From an uncultured Pelagibacteraceae bacterium (lineage in GTDB: Bacteria; Pseudomonadota; Alphaproteobacteria; Pelagibacterales; Pelagibacteraceae), in assembly GCA_902537055.1 (NCBI GenBank), contig CACAZW010000004.1:1970-65969 (forward strand): a stretch of DNA of 64,000 nucleotides. Direction: 5' to 3'. The notes under the pieces are model-generated. The model saw only the letters and a program-made list of their open reading frames with translations, was not told the origin of the DNA and made no database searches. Shown piece after piece: positions 42,794 to 53,220 of the stretch. Both the position numbers and the translations under genes were made by a program. Each line of letters starts with the position of its first letter. The stretch's first letter is position 1.

Positions 42794-43073
42794 TTACATT
42801 AAGATAATTATATTTAATATTTATTATTAGTATGTATTGTTAATTACGTAAATTACTCAATTTCAACACTTTGTTAACCTTTTATACATTTTGCTATCTA
42901 AAAACCCCCTAAATTCAAGGCTATTTAATTATTTTATAAAACTTTAAAATTGTTAATAAGATATTCACATTAATTTTAATGTTAATTAAATGAATACAAA
43001 TAATATTTCATTTACAGTTTTAAAAAATGAGAATTATTTCTTAAATTAAAATTAAATTATAAACAATTTATAC
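42794..43073. other. Putative chromosomal replication origin oriC
   Basis: Largest intergenic gap in the window (280 bp), very AT-rich, at the hemE / PPDK-regulator position that holds oriC in Caulobacter and other Alphaproteobacteria; parS about 8 kb away; degenerate DnaA-box-like repeats. Confidence 0.8.
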
Positions 43074-43895
43074 ATGAAAAATACACATCAAATATTTTTA
43101 ATTTCTGACTCGACTGGAGAAACATTGGACAGAATTTTTATGGCTCTTAAAGCTCAATTCAATAATTTTAACTACGAACTTAACCAATTTTCGTTTACAA
43201 GAACAGAGAGTCAAATAGCAACTATTCTTAAAAATGCAAAGATCCAAGATAGTCCCATAATATTATATACTGTAGTTAATAGTAAGCTCGCAAAGTATTT
43301 AGCAGAGGAAGCAAATAAAATTAATATACCTTGTTTTGGTGTTTTAGGGGACTTAATTTTAAATTTCTCAAAAATTCTAAACCAGAAAGCAACACATGAA
43401 CCTAGTGGGCAACATGTATTAGATGAAGAGTATTATAAAAGAATTGAAGCTATCCAATTTACAATGAACCATGATGATGGTAACCAAACAGGAAATATAC
43501 TTGAATCAGACATTATTCTCATTGGAGTTAGTAGAACGAGCAAAACACCAACATCTATTTACCTTGCAAATAAAGGTTTAAAAACAGCTAATATTCCTTT
43601 AGTTAATGAAATGAAAATTCCAAAAGATGTAACGAAGTCAAAAAAATTGTGTGTGGTTGGCCTAGTAACAGAGGCAGAAAGATTATTTGATATTCGTCGT
43701 AACAGACTAAATTCGCTCAAAAAAAATGAGGCATCTGATTACACTAATTTAGAAAAAATCAAAATTGAAGTAGAGCAATCAAAAAAAATCTTTAAAAAAA
43801 ATAGGTGGCCAACAATAGATGTAACAAGAAAATCAGTTGAGGAGACTGCTGCTTCAATTATAAAAATCTATGAAATAAAAAACAAAAATGCATAA
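43074..43895 (+). CDS. Pyruvate,phosphate dikinase / PEP synthase regulatory kinase-pyrophosphorylase (DUF299)
   Basis: SDSTGET, HDDG, GVSRTSKTP and SVEETA motifs. Confidence 0.93.
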   Translation: MKNTHQIFLISDSTGETLDRIFMALKAQFNNFNYELNQFSFTRTESQIATILKNAKIQDSPIILYTVVNSKLAKYLAEEANKINIPCFGVLGDLILNFSKILNQKATHEPSGQHVLDEEYYKRIEAIQFTMNHDDGNQTGNILESDIILIGVSRTSKTPTSIYLANKGLKTANIPLVNEMKIPKDVTKSKKLCVVGLVTEAERLFDIRRNRLNSLKKNEASDYTNLEKIKIEVEQSKKIFKKNRWPTIDVTRKSVEETAASIIKIYEIKNKNA

Positions 43896-44469
43896 GTTAG
43901 TTTTAGCTTCGAAGAGCAAAGTGAGATATCAAATTTTATCAAAATTTAATATTAAATGTACAGTTGAGCACTCAAATATTGATGAGGAACCAGTAAAAGA
44001 AAGTTTATTGAATGAAGGTGCAACTCCAGAAATAATCTCTAAAAATTTAGCTGAATTAAAAGCAAACAAAGTGAGTCAAAAAATATATGACAAGTTGGTT
44101 TTAGGGGCTGATAGCGTTATAGATTTAAATGGTGAATTAATCTCTAAACCTGAGGATAGAGAGCAAGCATTACATATTTTAAAAAAATTAAATGGGAAAA
44201 TACATAATTTAATTAGCTCTGCATGTATATCAAAAAATGGATCAATGGTATGGAATCACACAGATAAAGCAAGTTTAACAATGAAAGAATTCACTGACTC
44301 AGAACTAAAAGAATATTTAAGCAAGATAACAGACGAAGCTCTGTATTCTTATAATGTTTACCAAATAGAGGGAGAAGGAAGAAATTTATTTTCTAAAATA
44401 GAGGGAGATGAAAATACTATTATGGGCCTTCCTGTTGATAAAATTAAACAATACATTGAGAGTTTGTAG
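43888..44469 (+). CDS. maf: Maf-family NTP pyrophosphatase
   Basis: LASKS, KA, GADS, KP and MGLP motifs. Confidence 0.9.
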   Translation: MHKLVLASKSKVRYQILSKFNIKCTVEHSNIDEEPVKESLLNEGATPEIISKNLAELKANKVSQKIYDKLVLGADSVIDLNGELISKPEDREQALHILKKLNGKIHNLISSACISKNGSMVWNHTDKASLTMKEFTDSELKEYLSKITDEALYSYNVYQIEGEGRNLFSKIEGDENTIMGLPVDKIKQYIESL

Positions 44470-45263
44470 TGAAAAAATATTTAGTTGTAGGTAATCCTAT
44501 TGAACATTCTTTATCACCCAAACTTCAAAACTATTGGTTAAATTTAAATAATATAGAGGCAATTTATGGGAAGTTATTGGCATACGATAATGATCTGAAA
44601 GAATTGTGTAATAGTATTAAAAACGGTCAATTAGACGGTCTTAATATTACAGTACCTTTTAAAAAAAAAATTATACCTCACTTGGATGTTTTAAATGGTC
44701 ATGCTTTAAGAACTCAATCTGTAAATACAGTTTGTCTTAATAATGGAAATGTTACTGGCTACAATACGGATATAGATGGATTTGAACTTAGTTTAAAAAA
44801 ATTGGAGTATGATGTTAGCAATAAAAAAATAGTTATTTTAGGAGCAGGAGGGGTTGTTCCATCAATTATTTATGTTTTAAAAAAAATGAATGCTAAAAAA
44901 ATTTATTTGTGCAACAGAACGAAAGAGAAAGCACAAATATTAAAAAATTTATTTGAATGGATAGAAATTATAGATTGGGGAGAACTTCCCAATTTTGATA
45001 TGATCATTAATGCAACTAGTCTAGGGTTAAAGGAAAATGATAAATTCGGAATTGATTTTTCAATATCTGGAAATAACAAACTATTTTTTGATGTTATTTA
45101 CAATCCATTTAATACAGATTTTTCAGAAGCAGGAAACAAATCAGGAAATATAATCGAGAATGGTTTAAATATGTTCCTATTTCAAGCACAAAAATCATTT
45201 AGTATATGGCACAATATTGAACCAGAGATTAACCAGGAAGTAATAAAATTTTTAGAAGGGTAG
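44469..45263 (+). CDS. aroE: Shikimate dehydrogenase
   Basis: HSLSP, NITVPFK, NTD, GAGG and NATS motifs. Confidence 0.95.
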   Translation: MKKYLVVGNPIEHSLSPKLQNYWLNLNNIEAIYGKLLAYDNDLKELCNSIKNGQLDGLNITVPFKKKIIPHLDVLNGHALRTQSVNTVCLNNGNVTGYNTDIDGFELSLKKLEYDVSNKKIVILGAGGVVPSIIYVLKKMNAKKIYLCNRTKEKAQILKNLFEWIEIIDWGELPNFDMIINATSLGLKENDKFGIDFSISGNNKLFFDVIYNPFNTDFSEAGNKSGNIIENGLNMFLFQAQKSFSIWHNIEPEINQEVIKFLEG

Positions 45264-45268
45264 TATAG

Positions 45269-46009
45269 GTGAGACTTAATAATAAAATCGCAATAATAAC
45301 AGGTTCTGCATCTGGTTTTGGTAAAGGCATAGCTAAGAAATTTGCTAAAGAAGGAGCTAATTTAATATTGGTTGATTTAAATTCTAAATTACTAAAAAAA
45401 GTTTCTAAAAATCTATCCCAAGATTATTTTGTTGCCGATGTATCTAAAGCTTCAAATTTTAATTCTCTACTAAAATATGTTTACAAAAAATATAACTCGG
45501 TGGATATATTTGTAAACAATGCTGGCATAACACATAAACCAAAGCCCATGGAAACTGTAACTGAAAAAGAATTTGATAGAGTATTTAATGTAAATGCAAA
45601 ATCTGTTTACTATTGTGGAAAATATTTTGTCCCAAAAATGAAAAAAATTAAAAGAGGTGTTATTTTAAATGTTGCTTCAACAGCAGGTTTATCTCCTAGA
45701 CCTAAATTAAATTGGTATAATTCAAGCAAAGGTTGGATGATTACTGCAACAAAAGCCATGGCCATAGAATTAGCGCCTTTTAGAGTAAGAGTTAATGCTA
45801 TAGCGCCTGTTGCCGGAAAAACACCATTACTAAAGTCATTTATGGGAGGTAACACACAAAAAAAAAAAAAATCTTTTTTATCAACAATTCCAATTGGCAG
45901 ATTTTCTACTCCTCAAGATATGGGAAATGCAGCATGTTTTCTCTGTTCTGATGAAGCAAGCATGATAACGGGGACGGTTTTGGAAGTTGATGGTGGGAGA
46001 TGTATTTAA
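45269..46009 (+). CDS. Short-chain dehydrogenase/reductase
   Basis: TGSASGFG, NNAG, catalytic YNSSK and VDGG motifs. Confidence 0.9.
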   Translation: MRLNNKIAIITGSASGFGKGIAKKFAKEGANLILVDLNSKLLKKVSKNLSQDYFVADVSKASNFNSLLKYVYKKYNSVDIFVNNAGITHKPKPMETVTEKEFDRVFNVNAKSVYYCGKYFVPKMKKIKRGVILNVASTAGLSPRPKLNWYNSSKGWMITATKAMAIELAPFRVRVNAIAPVAGKTPLLKSFMGGNTQKKKKSFLSTIPIGRFSTPQDMGNAACFLCSDEASMITGTVLEVDGGRCI

Positions 46010-46015
46010 TTTTAT

Positions 46016-46603
46016 ATGATTAGAGTTGGAGTTATTGGAGGAATTGGATCTGGCAAATCTTTTATTTCTAAACTTTTTAAATCACCAGTTTTTAACGCAG
46101 ATAGAGAGGTAGATATTTTATATAAAAATAATTATGAATGTTATAAGAAATTGAATAAGAAACTTCCTAAATTTATTAGATCTTTCCCAATATCAAAAAG
46201 TCAATTAATTAAAGCAATTATTCAAGATAAAAGAAATCTAAAAAAAATATCTTCTGTAGTTCACCCATTAGTTAGAAAGAAAATGAAAATATTTTTAAAC
46301 AAAAATAAAAAAAGTAAAATTATAGTTCTAGATATTCCCTTATTAATAGAAAATAATCTTTATAACAAAAAAGATATTTTAATATTCGTAAAATCTGATC
46401 AAAACAAAGTAATAAAAAGATTGAAAAAAAGAAAAAACTACAACAAGAAGATCCTTATAAATTTGAGAAAAAAACAAGCCAATCTGTTAAAAAAAAGAAA
46501 ATTAGCAAATTATATTGTCGATAATAATTTTAGCCCAAATATAATGAGAAAAAAAATTAATTTTTTAAAAAATAAAATTCTAAATGAAAGAAATAGTACT
46601 TGA
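46016..46603 (+). CDS. coaE: Dephospho-CoA kinase
   Basis: GGIGSGKS, VHPLV and DIPLLIE motifs. Confidence 0.93.
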   Translation: MIRVGVIGGIGSGKSFISKLFKSPVFNADREVDILYKNNYECYKKLNKKLPKFIRSFPISKSQLIKAIIQDKRNLKKISSVVHPLVRKKMKIFLNKNKKSKIIVLDIPLLIENNLYNKKDILIFVKSDQNKVIKRLKKRKNYNKKILINLRKKQANLLKKRKLANYIVDNNFSPNIMRKKINFLKNKILNERNST

Positions 46604-47249
46604 TACTGAAACCACCGGCCTTTCAGTAAGAGATGGGCACAGAATAGTCGAAATTGGCTGTATAGAAATTGAAAATTTAATACCAACCAAAAATAATTTT
46701 CATTGTTATCTAAATCCTGAAAGAAAAGTTTCTGAGAGTGCACTAAAAGTTCATGGATACACAGATGAATTTTTAGCAGATAAAAAAAAATTCAAAGATA
46801 TAGCAGATGATTTTTTAAAATTTATAGAAGGTAAAAAATTAATAATTCATAATGCAGAATTTGATATAGGACATCTTAACAATGAGCTTTCATTAATAAA
46901 TAAGGAAAATATTTCGAAGGAAAATATTATAGATACTCTTGAAATTGCTAGAAACAAGTTTCCTGGTTCTGGAGTCAGCTTAGATGCATTATGTAAAAGA
47001 TATAGAATCGATAATTCAAAAAGAGAAAAACATACAGCGATAATAGATTGCGAATTATTATCTAAGGTATACATAAACTTAATTGATCAAAAAGAACCTG
47101 TGTTTCAATTCATGGATAAAAAAGAAAAAAATAAATTCTACGATAATAATGTAGATAGTTACTCAAAAATAATATTAAGACCTACTGAGAAAGAATTATT
47201 GGAACACAAAGAATTTATAAAAAATTATATGAAAAAAAACTTTTACTAA
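46584..47249 (+). CDS. dnaQ: DNA polymerase III epsilon subunit
   Basis: DTETTG, HNAEFD and HTA..D DEDDh motifs. Confidence 0.96.
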   Translation: MKEIVLDTETTGLSVRDGHRIVEIGCIEIENLIPTKNNFHCYLNPERKVSESALKVHGYTDEFLADKKKFKDIADDFLKFIEGKKLIIHNAEFDIGHLNNELSLINKENISKENIIDTLEIARNKFPGSGVSLDALCKRYRIDNSKREKHTAIIDCELLSKVYINLIDQKEPVFQFMDKKEKNKFYDNNVDSYSKIILRPTEKELLEHKEFIKNYMKKNFY

Positions 47250-47677
47250 TTTAACTTTTCTTTATACAATTTTTCAAAGTCTACTTTTTTTTCCAAAATT
47301 AAATTAGGAAAGCCAGAGTCTTTTATTATATTTAAGAATATTTTTTCCAAACCTGGATAGATTTCATTTTGAATTTCGACAAGTATAATTCTTTCTAAAT
47401 CTTTTTTTTTTAAACTTTTGTCAATAATCTTAACAACTGTAGCGTAGGTTATTTCAAAGAAGGATTTTTTATTATTATTATTATTAGGATCTTTGTAATG
47501 CAGCTTTGTAATAACTTCTATAAAGTCATTTTTCATACCTTTGGTTGTAACATTGATGCCAAGAGAATATTTAGTAATATATTCTTTACTAAAAATAAAA
47601 GTCTCTGCATCAGGAACTTCTACAGATAAATCTTTTATATAATTAAAAGCTATTTCATATTTTTTTGTCATCATCAT
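47246..47677 (-). CDS. secB: Protein-export chaperone SecB (divergent)
   Basis: YIKDLSVEVP, GFP and DFEKLY motifs; dnaQ-secB-fxsA synteny; exact start among three Met codons uncertain. Confidence 0.8.
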   Translation of the reverse strand: MMMTKKYEIAFNYIKDLSVEVPDAETFIFSKEYITKYSLGINVTTKGMKNDFIEVITKLHYKDPNNNNNKKSFFEITYATVVKIIDKSLKKKDLERIILVEIQNEIYPGLEKIFLNIIKDSGFPNLILEKKVDFEKLYKEKLN

Positions 47678-48080
47678 CTCCTAAATCTTCAAATTCACCA
47701 TCAATATAATTTTTGTTTTTTTCTCTTTTATAATTATTTTTGTTTATAAACTTTCCTAATATCAATTTTCTTGTTATCGGAATAATTAATAAAATTCCTA
47801 AAAAATCTGTTGCAAATCCTGGAAATATTAAAAGTAGAGCTGCAAATGCTAATGTAGCACCAGATATTATCTCATAGATTGGAATCTCATTTTTTATAAG
47901 CTGGCTCATCCCTGATTTAAGAGTATTAAATCCTTCGTATCTTGCATAAGCAACCCCAGCTATTGCAGTAGCCAATATAAGTAAAACAGTGTTAAAAGCT
48001 CCTATTTGAGATCCTATTTTAATGAATAGGTAAATTTCTATGAGAGGTATACCAATAATCAAAATTAATGCTGTGTTCAT
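47655..48080 (-). CDS. fxsA: FxsA-family membrane protein
   Basis: PLIEI and LLIFPGFATDFLG motifs. Confidence 0.9.
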   Translation of the reverse strand: MNTALILIIGIPLIEIYLFIKIGSQIGAFNTVLLILATAIAGVAYARYEGFNTLKSGMSQLIKNEIPIYEIISGATLAFAALLLIFPGFATDFLGILLIIPITRKLILGKFINKNNYKREKNKNYIDGEFEDLGDDDDKKI

Positions 48081-48137
48081 TTGTCTATTATTTAATTAGC
48101 AGGTTGAAATTATCAACATAGTAAATATTATACCATT

Positions 48138-48725
48138 ATGAGTTATAGCTTTGAATATATAGATATTATACTACTTGCAATGATAGCTGGGTTCATTTTT
48201 CTAAGATTAAGAGGAATTTTAGGTAAAAAAACTGGATTTGAAGAAGACATAGATTCAAGTTTTGCACACGAAGCACCACTAGCTAAACCTACTGTTGATT
48301 TAAATGCAAGTACTTTCGATGAAAATGCTAAGAAAGAATTTGTTAAAGGTGCTAAAATTGCTTATGAGACAATAATCACTAACTTTGCTAAAGGAAAGCT
48401 AAAAGACATAAAGTTGTTACTCGATAAGAACGTTTACCAACAATTCGAAGAGGCAATTAAAGATAGAGATCAAAAAAAGTTATCCTCCGAAACTACATTT
48501 ATTGGAATCAACTCAGCTGAAGTTAAAGAGCACCTACAAAATAAAAATATGTTAGAAGTTACTGTAGAATTTGTAAGTGAAATTATTTCATGCGTAAAAG
48601 ATAAAGACAACAAAGTTATATCAGGTGATCCAGAAAAAATTAAAAAAGTTTTAGATACTTGGAAATTTTCAAAAGATAGCAGATCAAACAATCCAAATTG
48701 GTTATTAATTGATACTCAAGCTTGA
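48138..48725 (+). CDS. Tim44/TimA-family protein
   Basis: FIFLRLRGILGKKTGFE, GAKIAYE and NPNW motifs. Confidence 0.88.
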   Translation: MSYSFEYIDIILLAMIAGFIFLRLRGILGKKTGFEEDIDSSFAHEAPLAKPTVDLNASTFDENAKKEFVKGAKIAYETIITNFAKGKLKDIKLLLDKNVYQQFEEAIKDRDQKKLSSETTFIGINSAEVKEHLQNKNMLEVTVEFVSEIISCVKDKDNKVISGDPEKIKKVLDTWKFSKDSRSNNPNWLLIDTQA

Positions 48726-49135
48726 CAAATAAGCTCTCAGAAAAAGATAAAAAAGACTGGCAAGATTTCTTAGATAGTTCAGAAAAACTTCAAAGTAAAG
48801 ATGCAGGTCAAATAACTAATCAAATAATTTCAGAAAGATCAATAGATCTTCACGGATATACTTTAGAAGAAGCTAACAAGCAAATTTTTCAATTTATAGA
48901 GAATTGTTATCTAAAAAGAGTTAAAAAAATTAATGTGATCACTGGAAAAGGTATGAGATCAAAAAATTTAAATGATCCTTATCAATCTACTGATCTAAGT
49001 ATTTTAAAATATTCTGTACCTGAATATATAAAAAATAACCCTGAACTAATGAGCAAAATTATTAGTATTGATTTCAAGTCTGTTAATAGTCCATCAAAAG
49101 GAAACTTTGATATTTTTTTAAAAATTATAAAATAA
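48722..49135 (+). CDS. Smr-domain protein
   Basis: IDLHG and VITGKG motifs; TTG start. Confidence 0.88.
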   Translation: MTNKLSEKDKKDWQDFLDSSEKLQSKDAGQITNQIISERSIDLHGYTLEEANKQIFQFIENCYLKRVKKINVITGKGMRSKNLNDPYQSTDLSILKYSVPEYIKNNPELMSKIISIDFKSVNSPSKGNFDIFLKIIK

Positions 49136-50492
49136 ACTTTGATAAGTCAGTATCTTTTACTAGTTCACCAATATTATCTTTGATATATTTAGCATCAACT
49201 GTTATTTTTTCCCCAGATCTGTCTGTTGCTGTAAAGCTAATTTCGTCTATGACTCTCTCAATGATCGTATGCAACCTTCTTGCACCTATATTTTCTACAG
49301 ATGAATTCACTTCACTTGCTATGTTAGCAATTGTATTAATCCCATCTTCTGTAAATTCTAGTTCTACATTTTCAGTTTTTAAGAGTGCTTTGTACTGTTT
49401 AATTAAACTATTATCTGGTTCCTTTAATATCCTTATAAAATCATCACTATTTAAAGCATCAAGCTCAACTCTTATTGGAAGCCTACCTTGTAATTCAGGT
49501 AAAAGATCCGATGGCTTAGCTAATTGAAAAGCACCTGAGGCAATAAATAAAATATGGTCTGTTTTAACAGGTCCATATTTTGTGCTGACAGTAGTTCCCT
49601 CTATTAATGGCAACAAATCTCTTTGAACCCCTTCTCTTGATACATCTCCACCAACCCTGTCTGTTCTTGCGGAAATTTTATCAATCTCGTCTAGGAAAAC
49701 TATTCCATTGTTTTCTGTTGAGTCTTTTGCCGATTTAATAATTTTATCTTGCTCAATAAGTTTGTCTGACTCTTCATTTATTAGAATTTCATGAGACTCT
49801 TTTACTGACATTTTTTTTTTCTTAGGTTTTTGACCCATAGATTTTCCAAGCATGTCAGAAATATTTATCATTCCAACATTTGCACCTGGCATTCCTGGTA
49901 TTTCAAATGATGGCATCTGATTAGAATCGCTAACAGCTATCTCAATCTCATTATCATCTAAATCTCCATCTCTTAATCTTTTTCTAAAACTTTCCCTTGT
50001 TGCTACGCTTGCTTTATTTCCGACCAAAGCATCCAAAACTCTATCCTCTGCTAATTTTTGAGCTTGAGCATGTACTTCTTTTCTTTTCTTTACTTTTTCC
50101 ATTGCAATTGCAATTTCTAATAAATCTCTTACAATTTGCTCTACATCACGTCCCACATATCCTACTTCTGTAAATCTTGTAGCTTCAACTTTTACGAATG
50201 GAGCTTCTGCTAATTTTGAAAGTCTTCTAGAGATTTCAGTTTTACCAACACCAGTTGGCCCTATCATTAAAATATTTTTTGGAAGAACTTCATCTTTCAT
50301 GTCATCTTCTAATGCCTGTCTTCTCCACCTATTTCTTAGAGCAATTGCAACAGCTCTTTTAGCTTTGTTTTGTCCAACTACGAATCTGTCTAACTCTGAA
50401 ACGATTTCCCTAGGTGATAATGAGTTTGATATTATTGTTTTTTCTTTAGCAAACTTACCTTTTGGAAAAGATGTAACATTAGATTTTTCCAT
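49125..50492 (-). CDS. hslU: HslU ATPase subunit
   Basis: [15 protein letters not shown] and NIGARRL motifs. Confidence 0.98.
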   Translation of the reverse strand: MEKSNVTSFPKGKFAKEKTIISNSLSPREIVSELDRFVVGQNKAKRAVAIALRNRWRRQALEDDMKDEVLPKNILMIGPTGVGKTEISRRLSKLAEAPFVKVEATRFTEVGYVGRDVEQIVRDLLEIAIAMEKVKKRKEVHAQAQKLAEDRVLDALVGNKASVATRESFRKRLRDGDLDDNEIEIAVSDSNQMPSFEIPGMPGANVGMINISDMLGKSMGQKPKKKKMSVKESHEILINEESDKLIEQDKIIKSAKDSTENNGIVFLDEIDKISARTDRVGGDVSREGVQRDLLPLIEGTTVSTKYGPVKTDHILFIASGAFQLAKPSDLLPELQGRLPIRVELDALNSDDFIRILKEPDNSLIKQYKALLKTENVELEFTEDGINTIANIASEVNSSVENIGARRLHTIIERVIDEISFTATDRSGEKITVDAKYIKDNIGELVKDTDLSKFIL

Positions 50493-51007
50493 TAAATTTT
50501 CTCCATATTCAAATTATCATTTGTAAAGACACATATATCTGAAGCAACTTTAATAGATTTTTTTGCGATATCTTCCGCTGACATATCAGTATCCATTAAT
50601 ACTTTTGCAGCTGCTAAAGCATAATTTCCACCTGAACCAATTCCAATTACATCACCCTCTGGCTCTAAAACATCACCGGTTCCTGAAATTATAAAACTTT
50701 TTTCTTTATCTCCAATTGCCATTAATGCTTCTAATCTTCTTAAATATTTATCAGTCCGCCAATCTTTTGCTAATTCAACAGCAGCTCTTGTCAAGTTGCC
50801 TGCATGTTTTTCAAGTTTAGACTCTAATCTTTCAAATAATGTTAAAGCATCTGCTGTTGATCCAGCAAAACCAGCGATCACATTTCTTTTCTCAATTTTA
50901 CGAACTTTGTTTGCAGTTTTCTTTATTACAGTGTTACCCATACTAACTTGGCCGTCACTGGCCACAACTACGTCATTATTTTTTCTTACAAGTACAATTG
51001 TTGTCAT
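50492..51007 (-). CDS. hslV: HslV protease subunit
   Basis: N-terminal TTI; DGQV and GSGG motifs. Confidence 0.98.
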   Translation of the reverse strand: MTTIVLVRKNNDVVVASDGQVSMGNTVIKKTANKVRKIEKRNVIAGFAGSTADALTLFERLESKLEKHAGNLTRAAVELAKDWRTDKYLRRLEALMAIGDKEKSFIISGTGDVLEPEGDVIGIGSGGNYALAAAKVLMDTDMSAEDIAKKSIKVASDICVFTNDNLNMEKI

Positions 51008-51014
51008 AATCTAT

Positions 51015-51042
51015 AGATGGATATGAATTTAAATAGTTCAAG
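51015..51042 (-). promoter_or_regulatory. RpoH-type promoter for hslVU
   Basis: Minus strand CTTGAA-N16-CCATCT, 7 nt before the ATG. Confidence 0.7.
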
Positions 51043-51097
51043 CCCAGGCTTAGTATTATTGATATAATCAAAAATACCTATATACCTAATTTAAATT

Positions 51098-51688
51098 ATG
51101 AAAAGAAAAGCAAAAATAGCTAGAAAAACAAAAGAAACCAATATTAGCGTCGACCTTAATATTGATGGCAAAGGTAAATACAAAGTTGACACAGGAATAG
51201 GTTTTTTAGATCACATGCTCGAGCAGTTATCTAAACACTCATCTATAGACTTAACTGTTAAAGCTAAAGGTGACACACACATTGATCTTCACCACACAAC
51301 TGAAGATACTGGAATTGCTATTGGAGAATGCTTAAAAAAAGCTTCAAAAAAATTTGTAGGCATTAAAAGATATGCTCACATTTTATTACCGATGGATGAA
51401 ACATTAACAAGAGTTGCAATTGATGTTTCAAACAGACCTTATTTAATTTGGAATGTAAAATTAAAAGTTGAAAAACTTGGTGAGATGGACACGGAATTAT
51501 TTAAAGAGTGGTTCCAAGCCTTTTCACAAGCTGCTGGAATTACTTTGCACGTTGAAAATATTTACGGTGATAATAGTCACCATATAATTGAGTCTTGTTA
51601 CAAAGGACTAGCCAGAACTTTAAGAGCTGCACTAGAATTGGATCCAAGAAACAAAAGTACAATTCCGTCGACAAAGGGCTCTTTATAA
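51098..51688 (+). CDS. hisB: Imidazoleglycerol-phosphate dehydratase
   Basis: RKTKET, HHTTED, NSHH and PSTKG motifs. Confidence 0.97.
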   Translation: MKRKAKIARKTKETNISVDLNIDGKGKYKVDTGIGFLDHMLEQLSKHSSIDLTVKAKGDTHIDLHHTTEDTGIAIGECLKKASKKFVGIKRYAHILLPMDETLTRVAIDVSNRPYLIWNVKLKVEKLGEMDTELFKEWFQAFSQAAGITLHVENIYGDNSHHIIESCYKGLARTLRAALELDPRNKSTIPSTKGSL

Positions 51689-51693
51689 GATTA

Positions 51694-52320
51694 ATGAACG
51701 TCACAATTGTTGACTATAAATCGGGCAATATTAGTTCTGTAATTAACTCCTTTAAGGAAGTTGCTAAAGATAAAGTTAATATCAAAGTAACTTCAGATTT
51801 AAATAAAATTAAATCAAGCGATAAAGTTGTTCTACCTGGGCAGGGTTCTTTTAAGAGCTGTATAGATGGTTTAAACAGCATAAGTGGTTTGATTGATACT
51901 TTAAGTGAATTTGCATTAAATAATAAAAAACCACTTCTCGGTATTTGTGTAGGCCTTCAAATGTTTGCAGATATTGGTTATGAAGAAGTCGAGACTAAAG
52001 GCTTAGGTTGGATTTCTGGTAAAGTATCTAAAATTGATAATCAAAATGGAAAATATAAACTACCCCATATTGGCTGGAATCAAATAAATATTGTTAAAGA
52101 GAGTAAAATTTTTAAAAATATAGAAAATAATACCCATATGTATTTTGTTCACAGTTATGAATTTGTTCCTAACGATAAAACAGTTACAGCTGCTACTACA
52201 GATTACTCATCAAATATTGTTTGCGCTGTTGAAAAGGAGAATATATTTGGAACCCAGTTTCACCCTGAGAAAAGTGATAAAGCTGGACTTGCAATAATAA
52301 GTAATTTTATAAGTATTTAA
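51694..52320 (+). CDS. hisH: Imidazole glycerol phosphate synthase glutaminase subunit
   Basis: LPGQG, GICVG and QFHPEKS motifs; start re-called to ATG 51694 (MNVTIVDY). Confidence 0.96.
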   Translation: MNVTIVDYKSGNISSVINSFKEVAKDKVNIKVTSDLNKIKSSDKVVLPGQGSFKSCIDGLNSISGLIDTLSEFALNNKKPLLGICVGLQMFADIGYEEVETKGLGWISGKVSKIDNQNGKYKLPHIGWNQINIVKESKIFKNIENNTHMYFVHSYEFVPNDKTVTAATTDYSSNIVCAVEKENIFGTQFHPEKSDKAGLAIISNFISI

Positions 52321-52322
52321 AT

Positions 52323-53177
52323 ATGAAAAATATAGATCTAAGAGAGTTCGCAGGTAAAGATATTCTGGTTCTGTTAAAAAGGGCTGATGAGTTATTTATT
52401 GGTAATTTAGAAGAAAAGATTCACTCTCACAAAATCTATAATAATGTATTGGAGCAGATTCCTACTGACTATGAAAATACAAAATTGCGGGAATTGAGAG
52501 GAAATATAAGACAGAAGATTTGGAACTGTGAAAGAAGTTTTTTTTGGAATGAAAATTTTGCATCTCAATCGGGTCAAGATAAAATTATAAAAAATTCTTT
52601 TTTTAGTTCAAAAAAAAAAGGTTATTTTGTTGAAATTGGTGCTTTCGATGGTGTTCTTGGAAGTAACTGTATACATTTTGAAAAATCAATGAAATGGGAC
52701 GGAATTGCGATCGAACCATCTACTATTCAATTTGAAAAATTAAAACTCAATAGAAAATGTCATTTAATAAACAAAGCTATTGCTACAGAAGAAAAAGAAG
52801 TAGAATTCCTTGAGGTAGAGGAGGGATATACCCAAATGAGTGGTATTATTAATGAAAACTTTACTAGTGAGGAGACAATTAAAAAGGATCCAAGAAGCAA
52901 AACAAAAAAAATAATAATTAAAACAACAACATTTGATAAAAATATACCATATGACAAAGAAATTGATTATTTATCTATAGACATAGAAGGTGGTGAAATG
53001 GAATTATTAGCTTCAATTGATTTTAAAAAATATAATATAAAAGTAATTTCAGTAGAAAATAACTTTCCTGAAAAATTAAATTTTAAAAACTTCTTTTATA
53101 GCAACAACTTTAATTATTTTGATAGAGTTGGACAAGATGAAATATTTTATAACACAAATTATTTTAAATTAAGTTAA
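52323..53177 (+). CDS. FkbM-family methyltransferase
   Basis: SQSGQD, FVEIGAFDG, IEP and SIDIEGGE motifs. Confidence 0.88.
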   Translation: MKNIDLREFAGKDILVLLKRADELFIGNLEEKIHSHKIYNNVLEQIPTDYENTKLRELRGNIRQKIWNCERSFFWNENFASQSGQDKIIKNSFFSSKKKGYFVEIGAFDGVLGSNCIHFEKSMKWDGIAIEPSTIQFEKLKLNRKCHLINKAIATEEKEVEFLEVEEGYTQMSGIINENFTSEETIKKDPRSKTKKIIIKTTTFDKNIPYDKEIDYLSIDIEGGEMELLASIDFKKYNIKVISVENNFPEKLNFKNFFYSNNFNYFDRVGQDEIFYNTNYFKLS

Positions 53178-53220
53178 ATAGTGATGATTTAATTGGATTT
53201 AATGCAAATCGTATAAAAAA

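Noticed and set aside
43041-43055. CtrA-box match TTAA-N7-TTAA in the origin gap
   Set aside because: Expected by chance in nearly pure AT sequence; from memory, Pelagibacter is reported to lack CtrA
51040-51051. Short inverted repeat AAGCC-CA-GGCTT by the hslV -35 element
   Set aside because: Only 5-bp arms and no resemblance to CIRCE; insufficient support
51595-51693. N-terminal extension of hisH in the ORF track (likewise hisE 55575-55625)
   Set aside because: Overlaps the upstream gene; family-typical starts are at 51694 and 55626
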